NCBI GenBank assembly: GCA_032907525.1
Contig: JAJJPM010000031.1
Span: 1,478-65,477, forward strand
Direction: 5' to 3'
From: Gammaproteobacteria bacterium
GTDB lineage: Bacteria; Pseudomonadota; Gammaproteobacteria; Thiohalobacterales; Thiohalobacteraceae
Length of the DNA: 64,000 nucleotides
The notes below the pieces were generated by a model. The model was not told where the DNA came from. It saw nothing but the letters and a program-made list of their open reading frames with translations, and searched no databases. Positions 19,413 to 28,190 of this stretch are shown piece by piece (positions within the stretch are counted from its first letter, which is position 1; each line of letters opens with the position of its first letter). The translations under genes were made by a program, and so were the position numbers.

Positions 19413-20822
19413 TCAGGCGGCCAGTTGTCGTGCCATGGCATCCAGCGCATCACTGGATTCGAACAACGCGGCGGTGATTTCCCTCGCCGATTGCGCGTCC
19501 AGCCCCAGCGCTGTCAGGATCGCGGCCGGCGGTTCCGCTTCCGCGCCATCACCCAGATTGTGTGCACGCAGCAGGTGGTCGACGCACAGTATCAGATGGG
19601 CGTACTCCGCGTGCTCGCCGGCATAGGCCTCGTTGTGGTGTTCTCTGCAGGCCACGACCACCGCCTCCGGCATGTTCCAGGCGCTCATCAGCCACGCTCC
19701 CGTCTCGGCATGGTCGACGCCCAGCACGCGTCGCTCTATCAGTGGCACCGGAACCTGAGGGTTGGCGGCCACCACCCGGTTGAGCAGGAAGAACTCCGCA
19801 CGGAACAGATGTCCGGCGAGCAGAAATCCGAAGTTGTGCAGGAGACCGGCGAGATAGGCGAGTCCCGGCTTGAGCGGCAGCCGCGGTCCTATGGCCTTGG
19901 CGAGTGCCTGCGCAAGTGCGGCACTGTAGGCCGCGTGCCGCCAGAAGCTCTGCAATCCCAGAGGGCCGTCGGCCGGATTGTGGAAAGTCCGGCTGGCCGC
20001 CAGGCCCAGGCTCATATTGAGCACTGTTTCGAAGCCCAGCACCCGTGTAATCGCCTGAGGGAGGGTATCGACGTTGCCGCGGAAACCGAAGAAGGCCGAG
20101 CGCGCATAGCGGATGATCTGCGCCGTCAGGCTCGGATCGTACTGGATGACGTCGGTCAGTTCCTGGATTCCGGCGTGCGGATCATTACGGAGGCGCAGCA
20201 GCCGGTTGGCCATTTCCGGCATGCTGGGCAGGCGGTCTGTCCGCTCGACGGTGCGTCGGATATCCTCGTGCGGGCGAAGCGCGGTCAACGGGTGTTGACG
20301 GCCGAGTTCTCCGGGGAGCATGAAATCGCGGATGTCGCGACTCTCCAGAACGCTCACCGGGCGCGCGATGGGGGCGTGGAGACTCTCGGCATGAATGGCG
20401 CGGAAGTCGTACCCCTGCATGCGGATCAGGCTGTCATGGCAGCCCGCCTCGAAGTGGACATGGCCGGAGTTCGCCAGTCCGTCGTCGATGACTGCCGCCA
20501 GCCCGTACGGTTCTCCGAGAGGTGGTACGCAGCCGGTCTCGCAGTCTGGAAAGGTGGCGGCGACGAGTTCCGGGACGGCCGGTCTCAGGTTGCGTCCCAG
20601 CCGCTCGCGGAGGATCTGGAAATCAATCAGGTGGGTGGCAGGGAGGATGGCCAGCAACAGACCCTGTTCATCCTGCAGCAGTACGGCGCGGGCCAGACTC
20701 TCGGGGTCCACGTGGCTGGCCTCGGCGGCCTCTCCCAGCGTCCCCGTCCGCGGGTGCGGTACCACGGCGTACGGGGTACGCAGGCGCTCAAGATAGATCC
20801 GTACACGTTCAGACAGATGCAT
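19413..20822 (-). CDS. YbaK/ProX-like (aminoacyl-tRNA deacylase fold) domain fused to an HDOD signalling domain
   Basis: 469 aa. Residues ~1-150 are paralogous to the stand-alone protein at 61753..62223. Residues ~190-400 carry HDOD hallmarks (LPSMPEMANRLLRLRNDP..., DPSLTAQIIRYARSAFFG). Confidence 0.8.
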   Translation of the reverse strand: MHLSERVRIYLERLRTPYAVVPHPRTGTLGEAAEASHVDPESLARAVLLQDEQGLLLAILPATHLIDFQILRERLGRNLRPAVPELVAATFPDCETGCVPPLGEPYGLAAVIDDGLANSGHVHFEAGCHDSLIRMQGYDFRAIHAESLHAPIARPVSVLESRDIRDFMLPGELGRQHPLTALRPHEDIRRTVERTDRLPSMPEMANRLLRLRNDPHAGIQELTDVIQYDPSLTAQIIRYARSAFFGFRGNVDTLPQAITRVLGFETVLNMSLGLAASRTFHNPADGPLGLQSFWRHAAYSAALAQALAKAIGPRLPLKPGLAYLAGLLHNFGFLLAGHLFRAEFFLLNRVVAANPQVPVPLIERRVLGVDHAETGAWLMSAWNMPEAVVVACREHHNEAYAGEHAEYAHLILCVDHLLRAHNLGDGAEAEPPAAILTALGLDAQSAREITAALFESSDALDAMARQLAA

Positions 20823-20823
20823 A

Positions 20824-20833
20824 CCCCCCCCCC
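20824..20833 (-). repeat. G10 homopolymer (C10 on + strand) one nt upstream of the HDOD gene start codon
   Basis: Read directly. The minus strand reads GGGGGGGGGG-T-ATG, so the tract occupies the Shine-Dalgarno position. Confidence 0.9.
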
Positions 20834-20889
20834 TCGATCCATAAGCCTAAGTCGGAGCCGGATTAACGACTGTGCCGGCATTCACATTG

Positions 20890-21030
20890 GAACCTATCTC
20901 AAAATGCATCTCGACCGCCCATGCGGCGTCGCGGGGCCTGCTCCGGTGCTCATTTATTCCGTATAAACTCCGCTCCTCGCAGGCCCCGCGCCTTGCCTGG
21001 ACGCCCGATCTGCAATTTTGAGATAGGTTC
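20890..21030. repeat. 141-bp nested-hairpin (MITE-like) element
   Basis: Outer arms GAACCTATCTCAAAAT (20890..20905) and ATTTTGAGATAGGTTC (21015..21030). Inner arms GCGGGGCCTGC (20931..20941) and GCAGGCCCCGC (20979..20989). AT-rich ends, no ORF. Confidence 0.65.
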
Positions 21031-21510
21031 TAGTATTGCCGGCCCGACCAGGCTCGAGCGCCCCGGGTGAGTCCGGAACGGCGGTCCATTGCGGATTTCG
21101 AGACCTGCCCGCGCAGGGGGCGGGTACCGGGCGGCGTGTGTGTCGCGGGCGATATCAACGTTTCGGCATTGGTTCAACAAAGGTTTAGGCACAGGAATCA
21201 TTTGATGCCCTGGTGTCTGGGGGCAGTCGAACGAGAAGGACCGACACCCCAAGGCCCCCATCGTAGACGGGTCGTGGCAATGACGAAGGCTTTTTCCGAA
21301 GGCGGCGCCGCTCGCGTGCCTGCCGATCTGGTGGGCCGGCCGGATTTCCGAGGGGACGTGCCTGTCGTTCCCGTTGAGCGGGTATTCCAATGCCGCCTGC
21401 GGTTCCGCCGTCGCACCGGCGGACTTATAATGCCGGCCGTCCCACCGTCGGCGTCTTCCTTTCCCCGGGGCGACGCTCCGACTCCGAGCTACCCTTAGCG
21501 GAGGTTTATC

Positions 21511-21978
21511 ATGTTGGAAGCCGGGCAACCCGCGCCGGATTTCGATCTGCCGGACGCGGATCTGCGCAAGTTCTCCTTGTCGTCACTGCAGGGCAAACGG
21601 CATGTCGTGCTGTACTTCTATCCCAAGGACGACACCTCAGGTTGCACGCTGGAAGCGTTGGAGTTCACCAATCTCGCCGACGAATTCGAGCGTGCCGGCT
21701 GCACCGTGCTGGGTGTGAGTCGCGACGATTGCGGCAGTCACGCGGCTTTCCGCGACAAACACGGGCTGACGGTGCAGTTGCTTGCGGATGTCGACGGCGA
21801 AGTATGCGAGCAGTTCGGCGTATGGCAGGAGAAGGAGAAGGACGGCGTGAAGAAGATGGGTATCCTGCGTTCGACCTTCGTCATCGACAGGGCCGGCATC
21901 GTCCGTCATGCGCTGTACGGCGTCACCGCCAAGGGACATGCGGCTGCCGTCCTGGACCTCGTGCGCGCGCTGGGCTGA
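21511..21978 (+). CDS. bcp: Thiol peroxidase Bcp (peroxiredoxin Q type)
   Basis: 155 aa. QPAPDFDLPD and the YFYPKDDTSGCT peroxidatic Cys motif. Confidence 0.9.
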   Translation: MLEAGQPAPDFDLPDADLRKFSLSSLQGKRHVVLYFYPKDDTSGCTLEALEFTNLADEFERAGCTVLGVSRDDCGSHAAFRDKHGLTVQLLADVDGEVCEQFGVWQEKEKDGVKKMGILRSTFVIDRAGIVRHALYGVTAKGHAAAVLDLVRALG

Positions 21979-21988
21979 GTCCGTCAAT

Positions 21989-22017
21989 GGAAACGCCGGC
22001 GCAGGGCCGGCGTTTCC
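21989..22017. terminator. Hairpin terminator between convergent bcp and dsrC
   Basis: GGAAACGCCGGC-GCAGG-GCCGGCGTTTCC perfect 12-bp stem. No long U run on either side. Confidence 0.6.
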
Positions 22018-22041
22018 AATAACACGCTGTCCGGATCAGGG

Positions 22042-22344
22042 TCAGACGCAACCGGTCGGCTTGGGCAGGCCGCCCCACTTGCAGATCAGCTTCATCGGTC
22101 CCTTCTTGAAGACATCGTATAGATGTTTGCTGTCGACGTTCATCGCCTTGGCGAATTTGCGGATCGGCGGAACCACGCCGTCCTCCTCGTACATGCGACG
22201 CGCCTCCAGAATGTAGTTCATGATCTCGTCAGAGATTTCCATATCGTCGACCCGGGCAAGTTCGCGGGCGACGTCTTCCGACCAGTCATCCCGGTTGACC
22301 AGAAATCCTTCGCCATCGGTCTGAACAGACAATTGTGCACTCAT
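22042..22344 (-). CDS. dsrC: DsrC/TusE-family sulfur relay protein
   Basis: 100 aa. The C-terminal arm ICKWGGLPKPTGCV retains both conserved cysteines (penultimate Cys and Cys -10) typical of bona fide DsrC. Confidence 0.85.
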   Translation of the reverse strand: MSAQLSVQTDGEGFLVNRDDWSEDVARELARVDDMEISDEIMNYILEARRMYEEDGVVPPIRKFAKAMNVDSKHLYDVFKKGPMKLICKWGGLPKPTGCV

Positions 22345-22594
22345 GACATACTTCCTCGTCGTGTCGTTATTGCGTGCGGATACCGCACTGAGAGTTTTCG
22401 CCGCTCTTTAGGCGGGATCGTGGTGTGACGGTAGTGTAGCAGGCCAAGGCCGACATGCGACAGCGAAGGCTTTAATTTCGCTAGCCAATATAGGTGTTTT
22501 TGCGGCGCGTGCGACGGGTGCCGGGAAGCTTGTCGGTATGTGACGAATCGCCCGGCCCAGTCACGGGAGGCCGGCTAATCTGGATACATCGTCG

Positions 22595-23122
22595 ATGCAA
22601 CTGGAGACGCGCATGTCTCGTCAGGCGCCAAAGGCTTCATCCGTGATTCGTATTGCGGCCAGCCTGGCTCTGGGGTTTGCGGGTGCGGCTGCGGGCGCCG
22701 ATGACCCTGTGACAGGCGACCGTCCGGATGGTGTCGTGAAGAGGGCGGTTCTCACCACCGCGATCATGGATCGCGAGCCGATGGATGAACTCGTGACCGT
22801 CGGTGCAGGGCATCATGAAATCTATTTCTTCACCGAACTGAAAAACTTGGCCGGCCGGACCGTGACGCACCGTTGGGCACACGCGGGCATGATCGTGTCG
22901 GAGGTTTCCTTCGAGGTCGGGGGGCCCCGGTGGCGCGTTTTCTCCAGAAACGCGCTGCACCTGGATCGACCGGGGACATGGACCGTGACAGTCGTGGATG
23001 AGTCAGGCTGGACCTTGCATGAGATGAGGTTCGACCACCGTCCCGGAGAGGATTCGGTGTCTGTCCGGCAGGGGGCCATGGTCCGGAATGCCTTTAACGG
23101 TGGAGGGTCGGACGCGCACTGA
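22595..23122 (+). CDS. DUF2914-like exported protein
   Basis: Signal peptide. Core REPMDELVTV...IYFFTELKNLAGRTVTHRWAHAG...GGPRWRVFSR matches my recollection of DUF2914. Confidence 0.65.
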   Translation: MQLETRMSRQAPKASSVIRIAASLALGFAGAAAGADDPVTGDRPDGVVKRAVLTTAIMDREPMDELVTVGAGHHEIYFFTELKNLAGRTVTHRWAHAGMIVSEVSFEVGGPRWRVFSRNALHLDRPGTWTVTVVDESGWTLHEMRFDHRPGEDSVSVRQGAMVRNAFNGGGSDAH

Positions 23123-23181
23123 CGGCCGCGAGATCAAGTGTTCGACCCGGTTGGGAGCCCTTTCAGGCCCTATCCCGTCCT

Positions 23182-23877
23182 TTACCGTGCGGTGGCGGCC
23201 TGCACCGGTTCGGCCGCCTTGTCGGTACCATGCTCGCCGGCCAGGCCAGGGATCAGGGTGCCGATCGTCTGACGGACCGCCTGGGGTGCGGCGTCAGCGC
23301 CGTTCAGCACGTATACACCGAAGATGACCAGCCCGACGCCCAGCGTCGCCAGCAGCCCGAGCGCCAAACCATGGCCGCGGGTGGCAGGGGCGGCGCCACG
23401 GCGTGCGGTCGCCGGCCTGACGGTTCTGCTGTCGGTGCGGGCAGCCGTCCGCACCCGGGGTGAGGCGGGCTTGTCCTGCTCCAGCTGGAAGCTGCTGCTG
23501 GCCTGACCGGCACGGTTGAGGCGTGCCTTGCTGTGACCCAACAGGACCGCCAGCTCGAAATCCTGAACGGACGTTGCCGGTTCCGGCGACGGTGCCGGTG
23601 AAGGTGCGGCCTCCAATTCGGCTCTCAGTTCCGCAATTTCCTTCTCAGCCTTCCGCAGCATGCGTTCCGCGGCCGCGATACGGTCACGGGCGATGTGATG
23701 GGCCGAGCCCTGCCGCGCCAGTTCCGCAGCGGCCTGGTCGCGGACCCGACGCGCCGTTTCGGCCAGGTGTTCGAGTTCGCGCAGGCGCGTCTCGCCGCTG
23801 AACGCGGAGGGGGCGAGGGGCTGGCTGTTGCCGCGGGGCGCCGGTGAGGAACGGTGCTGTAAGGTGGTCGATGGCAT
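23182..23877 (-). CDS. Hypothetical coiled-coil protein with C-terminal TM helix
   Basis: 231-aa ORF. Heptad-like segment (RMLRKAEKEIAELRAELEAA), APSPAPSPEP linker, TM helix LALGLLATLGVGLVIFGVYVL. Confidence 0.5.
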   Translation of the reverse strand: MPSTTLQHRSSPAPRGNSQPLAPSAFSGETRLRELEHLAETARRVRDQAAAELARQGSAHHIARDRIAAAERMLRKAEKEIAELRAELEAAPSPAPSPEPATSVQDFELAVLLGHSKARLNRAGQASSSFQLEQDKPASPRVRTAARTDSRTVRPATARRGAAPATRGHGLALGLLATLGVGLVIFGVYVLNGADAAPQAVRQTIGTLIPGLAGEHGTDKAAEPVQAATAR

Positions 23878-24166
23878 GTCCGCGAACCTCTCTCTGAGGA
23901 TGCCGGCGCGGACCGTCCGATGGGGAAGGCCCGAACGCTGTTACATCACTGATTTATTTAGCGGCAGGCTACGCCTCGTCTGTGCCCTGAAATCGGGAAT
24001 GGGTCACAGTCCGAACGTAGACTGCAGCCCAAATCCGTCATTCCCGCATGCGGCGTCGGGCGTGGCCGGCTTCCCAAGCCCGGCACCGGCATTTGACGAA
24101 CCGGGTGCGAGGCCCCAGAGTATGCCCCGCGTCATGCGACCGAGAACATGTGGGGAATGGCTGGCT

Positions 24167-24451
24167 ATGGTTTCTGATGTCAATGATCTGACCGTCAACT
24201 ATGAAGAAGACGGCGAGCTGTTGGTCAAGGAACTGGACAAGAAGATTCTGTCCAAGGGTGCCTGGTCGACAGTGATTTTCCGGTACCAGGATTGGGATAA
24301 GGCCAAGGGGGACTATGGCCCCGACCGCTTCACCATCCGCCGTTACCAGAAGCGCAATGGGGAATACGTGCAGAAATCCAAGTTCAATATTTCAAGCAAG
24401 GACCAGGCGCAGAGTCTGATCGAGGCCCTGCAGGGTTGGATCGCCGACTAG
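24167..24451 (+). CDS. Small conserved hypothetical protein (94 aa)
   Basis: In-frame ATG inside the 23828..24451 ORF. Lys-rich globular sequence (ELLVKELDKKILSKGAWSTVIFRYQDWDK...). Its 3' end overlaps the convergent IMPase gene by 4 nt. Confidence 0.6.
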   Translation: MVSDVNDLTVNYEEDGELLVKELDKKILSKGAWSTVIFRYQDWDKAKGDYGPDRFTIRRYQKRNGEYVQKSKFNISSKDQAQSLIEALQGWIAD

Positions 24452-25251
24452 CCGTCTCGGCCGGCGCCCTGCAACCAGCCCAGCCATTGCGCAGCCAGTT
24501 CCGGATCGGGTGACGCGACCACCGAGCGTGCCGCCAGATAGGGAACGAACACAGGTTCTCCCGACAAGGTGCAGCTGGCCCCGCCGGCCTCATCCAGCAG
24601 CAGACTCCCTGCTGCGAAGTCCCACAGTTTCTGGCCACCGTGCAGATAGACCTGGCCCCGGCCGGCCGCGAGCCAGGCCCATTCGAGCGCGCACGACCCG
24701 AAGTTGCGCTGCGAATGGTAGGGTGGGTGGCTGACCAGGCGCATACGCAATGCGGGCTCCAGCCGCTTGAAGTCGACCAGCGCGATGCTGCGCCCCAGCT
24801 CCACGCCGGCGGGTACGGTGCGCAACGCCATCGCGTTCAGAGAAGCCCCGCCATCACGTCGTGCCGAGAAGCATTCATCCCGCACCGGATCGTAGATCAG
24901 CCCCAGTCGTTGCACGCCGTCCTCCAGGAGTGCCAGCGAGACGCCGAAGAAGGGGATCCCCGCGGCGAAGTTGCTGGTACCGTCCAGCGGATCCAGACAC
25001 CAGAGCAGGCTGCCCGCGGTCTGCAGCAGCCGCTCCTGTTCGGCCCGCTCCATTTCCTCGCTGAGAAAGGCGATTGCCGGCCAGCGTCGCGCCAGTTCAT
25101 CGCGCAGGCGGGCATCGATGGCGAGGTCGGCCTCGGTGAGGATGCTGCCGTCGGCCTTGTGCTGTTGCGTCACCCGGGTGAAGCGCGGCAGCAATTCCTC
25201 GCGCGCCGCCGTGCGCACCAGATCCGCGAGTTCGGCCAGATCGGGCAGCAT
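24448..25251 (-). CDS. Inositol monophosphatase family protein (SuhB/CysQ-like)
   Basis: 267 aa. Metal-binding motifs FLSEE and WCLDPLDGTSNF. Confidence 0.85.
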   Translation of the reverse strand: MLPDLAELADLVRTAAREELLPRFTRVTQQHKADGSILTEADLAIDARLRDELARRWPAIAFLSEEMERAEQERLLQTAGSLLWCLDPLDGTSNFAAGIPFFGVSLALLEDGVQRLGLIYDPVRDECFSARRDGGASLNAMALRTVPAGVELGRSIALVDFKRLEPALRMRLVSHPPYHSQRNFGSCALEWAWLAAGRGQVYLHGGQKLWDFAAGSLLLDEAGGASCTLSGEPVFVPYLAARSVVASPDPELAAQWLGWLQGAGRDG

Positions 25252-25255
25252 AATC

Positions 25256-26776
25256 TCAGGAAGAACAGCTTACGGCGAGCGCACGACCCCAGTCCGGCGG
25301 CGGCTCTGCCAGATCCTCATCTTCAGGGTGCTCGTCGTAGGGTGTCTGCAGAACCCGAAGAAGCCGGTCGATCTCACTGTAGTCTCGGCAGTCACGGGCG
25401 CGTTCGATGGCAGTCTGCGCCAGGTAATTGCGCAGGACATACTTGGGATTGACACGGTTCATGGCGGCCCGTCTCGCCGCGTCGCGGCTGTGCTCGGCAC
25501 GCAGACGCGTACCATAGTCGTCCGCCCAGCGGTCGAAGGCTTCGCGGTCGATGAAATGATTTCGCAGCGAAGCAGGCTGCACGGCCGACTGCGCACTGTT
25601 GAACCCGGCGAGTCGACGCCAGGTGCCGGTGTAGTCGCGGCGCTCGGCGGCCATCTGCGCCAGCAGCCGGTCGGCGAGCTCCATGTCGCCGGGCCGCGAA
25701 TCGCGCAGTCCGAGTTTCGCCCGCAGTCCGGCCTGATAGCGTGCCTGGAAGGCCTCCCGGTACGCGTCGAACTGGGCCGTGGCCTGCTCCGCCGCCGCCT
25801 CGGCACGCTCGTCGAACAGGGGCAGCATGGCCTGGCCGAGGCAGCTCAGGTTCCACAGGGCGATCTCCGGCTGGCGGTCGAAGGCATAGCGGCCATGGTG
25901 GTCGGAATGGTTGCAGACGAAGCCGGGCTCGTAGTCGTCCATGAAGCCGAAAGGGCCGTAGTCCAGCGTGAGGCCGAGTACGGACATGTTGTCGGTGTTC
26001 ATCACACCGTGCGCGAAGCCCACCAGCTGCCAGTCGGCGAGCAGCCGCGCCGTGCGTACCACCACTTCCCGGTAGAGCGCGAGATAGCGGTCGGTGCGGT
26101 CACCGAGCTCGGGATAGTGATGCGCGATCAGGTAGTCGGCGAGCGTGCGCAGCGCATCGAAGCGATTCCGGTAGTAGAATACCTCGAAGGAACCGAAGCG
26201 GACGTGGCTCGGTGCCATACGCAGCAGCATCGCCCCCGTCTCGATGGATTCCCGATAGACTTCCTCGTCGGAACCGATCATGCACAGCGCCCGCGTGGTG
26301 GGAATGCCAAGCCCGTGCATCGCCTCGCTGCACAAGTATTCCCGGATGGTCGAGCGCAGTACCGCGCGCCCGTCGCCGCCGCGTGAGAAGGGCGTCTGTC
26401 CGGCGCCTTTGAGCTGCAATTCCCAGCGCGCTCCATTCTGCGTCAGGATTTCGCCGAGTATGATGGCGCGCCCGTCACCGAGCTGTGGGACATAGTGGCC
26501 GAACTGGTGTCCGGCATACAGCGTGGCGATGGGGGCGCTGCCGGGCAGCAGCTTGCCACCGTTGAAGATCACCGGGAAGTCGGGCCTCTCGGCCTCCGCG
26601 GGGTCGAGATCGATCAGGGCGGCGGCGGCCGGATTGAAACTGATGAGGTAGGGAGCTGCGAGCGGCGTTGGCAGCACACGCGCGAAGAAGTCTTCCGGCA
26701 GATGGGCGAAGCTGTTGCTGAAGCAAAGGTGCTCCAGCGACCTGAGACGCGCTGACTGGCGTGCGGTGTGCGGCAT
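25256..26776 (-). CDS. selO: Protein adenylyltransferase SelO (YdiU)
   Basis: YAGHQFGHYVPQLGDGRAIILGE, LQLKGAGQTPFSR and HGVMNTDNMS motifs. The N-terminal 160 codons of the 665-aa ORF are rejected because they overlap folE. Alternative start at 26824. Confidence 0.88.
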   Translation of the reverse strand: MPHTARQSARLRSLEHLCFSNSFAHLPEDFFARVLPTPLAAPYLISFNPAAAALIDLDPAEAERPDFPVIFNGGKLLPGSAPIATLYAGHQFGHYVPQLGDGRAIILGEILTQNGARWELQLKGAGQTPFSRGGDGRAVLRSTIREYLCSEAMHGLGIPTTRALCMIGSDEEVYRESIETGAMLLRMAPSHVRFGSFEVFYYRNRFDALRTLADYLIAHHYPELGDRTDRYLALYREVVVRTARLLADWQLVGFAHGVMNTDNMSVLGLTLDYGPFGFMDDYEPGFVCNHSDHHGRYAFDRQPEIALWNLSCLGQAMLPLFDERAEAAAEQATAQFDAYREAFQARYQAGLRAKLGLRDSRPGDMELADRLLAQMAAERRDYTGTWRRLAGFNSAQSAVQPASLRNHFIDREAFDRWADDYGTRLRAEHSRDAARRAAMNRVNPKYVLRNYLAQTAIERARDCRDYSEIDRLLRVLQTPYDEHPEDEDLAEPPPDWGRALAVSCSS

Positions 26777-26874
26777 GCGGGGATGATGGCGAGCGTGGCG
26801 GTCCGATGCAACCTGGATCGCCATAGGGTTGGCGGATGGTGCCTGGGATGCCCCTCCGGGGCGCGGCACTCGCC

Positions 26875-27504
26875 TCAGTCCTTGATCAGATCCATCAGCT
26901 CGGCGCGGGAGCGCGCATTCTCGCGGAAGGTCCCGCGCATGGCGCTGGTGACGGTGGAGCTGTTCTGCTTCTGTACGCCACGCATCATCATGCAGAAATG
27001 GCTGGCCTTGATGATGACCGCGACCCCGTGCGGGTTGAGGATCTCCATCATGGCATCGGCGATCTGGTTGGTCAGACGTTCCTGCACCTGGAGGCGGCGC
27101 GCGAAGACGTCCACGATGCGCGCGACCTTGGACAGGCCGATGACCTTGTTGTCCGGCAGATAGGCGACGTGCGCCTTGCCGAAGAACGGCAGGATATGAT
27201 GCTCGCACATCGAGTAGAACTCGATGTCCTTGACGATGACCATCTCCTCGCACTTCTCTTCGAAGACCGCATTGCGCACGACGTCTTGCACGGTCATGTC
27301 GTAGCCGCTGGTGAGGAAGTCCATGGCCTTGGCGACCCGCAACGGGGTGCGCTTCAGCCCCTCGCGCCCGGGTTCCTCGCCGATGCGCACCAGCATCTGA
27401 CGGACGATGCCCTCGAAATCCGGATCGTAGACCTCGTCGCTCTCGGTGTCGAAGTCATCGAAAATGGGCGGGGTGGACCGGGCGGGCGTGATGCGTTTGG
27501 TCAT
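26875..27504 (-). CDS. folE: GTP cyclohydrolase I
   Basis: [19 protein letters not shown] and [11 protein letters not shown] motifs. The start is ambiguous (27504, 27516 or TTG at 27546). Confidence 0.9.
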   Translation of the reverse strand: MTKRITPARSTPPIFDDFDTESDEVYDPDFEGIVRQMLVRIGEEPGREGLKRTPLRVAKAMDFLTSGYDMTVQDVVRNAVFEEKCEEMVIVKDIEFYSMCEHHILPFFGKAHVAYLPDNKVIGLSKVARIVDVFARRLQVQERLTNQIADAMMEILNPHGVAVIIKASHFCMMMRGVQKQNSSTVTSAMRGTFRENARSRAELMDLIKD

Positions 27505-27667
27505 GGTCGTGTCCATGTGGCGCATTGGGCTGCGCTTGAGCCGCAATTATACGCAATTTCGCCGTGGACACAGCTTATGTCAATCGCTCAACCCGATGGT
27601 GGCTGGGGATTTTCCCGGTCCGGCGGGCCGATATAATGCGGCTCATTCAACCCTCCGGCGAGGCCCC

Positions 27668-28180
27668 ATGGATACCAAGCCCGTTCAGTTCATCAAGCAG
27701 CGCAACTACCAGCGCATCGGCAAGGACAAGGTTGTGAGGCTGCGATATGTCGTCTTCGAACAGGGCGGCGAACAGGCGCTGGCCTATCGCGACGATCTCA
27801 TCTATCTGCACGGCGGCTATGGCGGGGCCTTTCCAAAGGTCGAGCAGGCGCTCGAGGGGCTGGCCGTCGACGCCAAAGCCGAGGTGCTCCTGGAACCGGC
27901 TGAGGGCTACGGTGAGCGTGACCCCGCTCTGAAGATGAGCGTGCCCGCCGACGCGATTCCGCCCGAGGCACGCACGGTCGGTGCGCAGCTCGAGGGCGAG
28001 GCTGCCGATGGCAGCACACGCCCCTTCGTGGTGACGGCCGTCGATGATGCGGAGGTGACCGTCGACGGCAATCATCCGCTGGCAGGCAAGCGGCTGCACT
28101 TCATGTTCGAGGTCATGGATATCCGCGACGCGACCCGGGCCGAACTCGATGCCGGCCATGCCTTCGGACTGTCCGGCTGA
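27668..28180 (+). CDS. FKBP-type peptidyl-prolyl cis-trans isomerase (SlyD/FkpB-like)
   Basis: In-frame ATG. VVRLRYVVFE...YLHGGYGGAFPKVEQALEGL...VDGNHPLAGKRLHFMFEVMDIRDAT is typical of the SlyD-type FKBP plus IF domain. Confidence 0.82.
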   Translation: MDTKPVQFIKQRNYQRIGKDKVVRLRYVVFEQGGEQALAYRDDLIYLHGGYGGAFPKVEQALEGLAVDAKAEVLLEPAEGYGERDPALKMSVPADAIPPEARTVGAQLEGEAADGSTRPFVVTAVDDAEVTVDGNHPLAGKRLHFMFEVMDIRDATRAELDAGHAFGLSG

Positions 28181-28190
28181 CCGACCCCCG

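Noticed and set aside
20845-21500. Possible larger element bounded by CCTAAGTCGGAGC (20845) and GCTCCGACTCCGAGCTACCCTTAGC (21477), loosely echoing the CCTAAGTCCGACAGG terminus of the 8586 element.
   Set aside because: The complementarity is short and interrupted (GCTCCGACT plus CTTAG). This could easily be chance in GC-rich DNA.
26777-27253. N-terminal 160-codon extension of the selO ORF (the 665-aa version). Similar 5' extensions affect lexA (3666), coaX (755), purT (43196), ispG, mtnC and others.
   Set aside because: The extensions overlap neighbouring genes (for example folE) and have non-protein-like composition. Internal starts give N-termini that match the families and often have an RBS.
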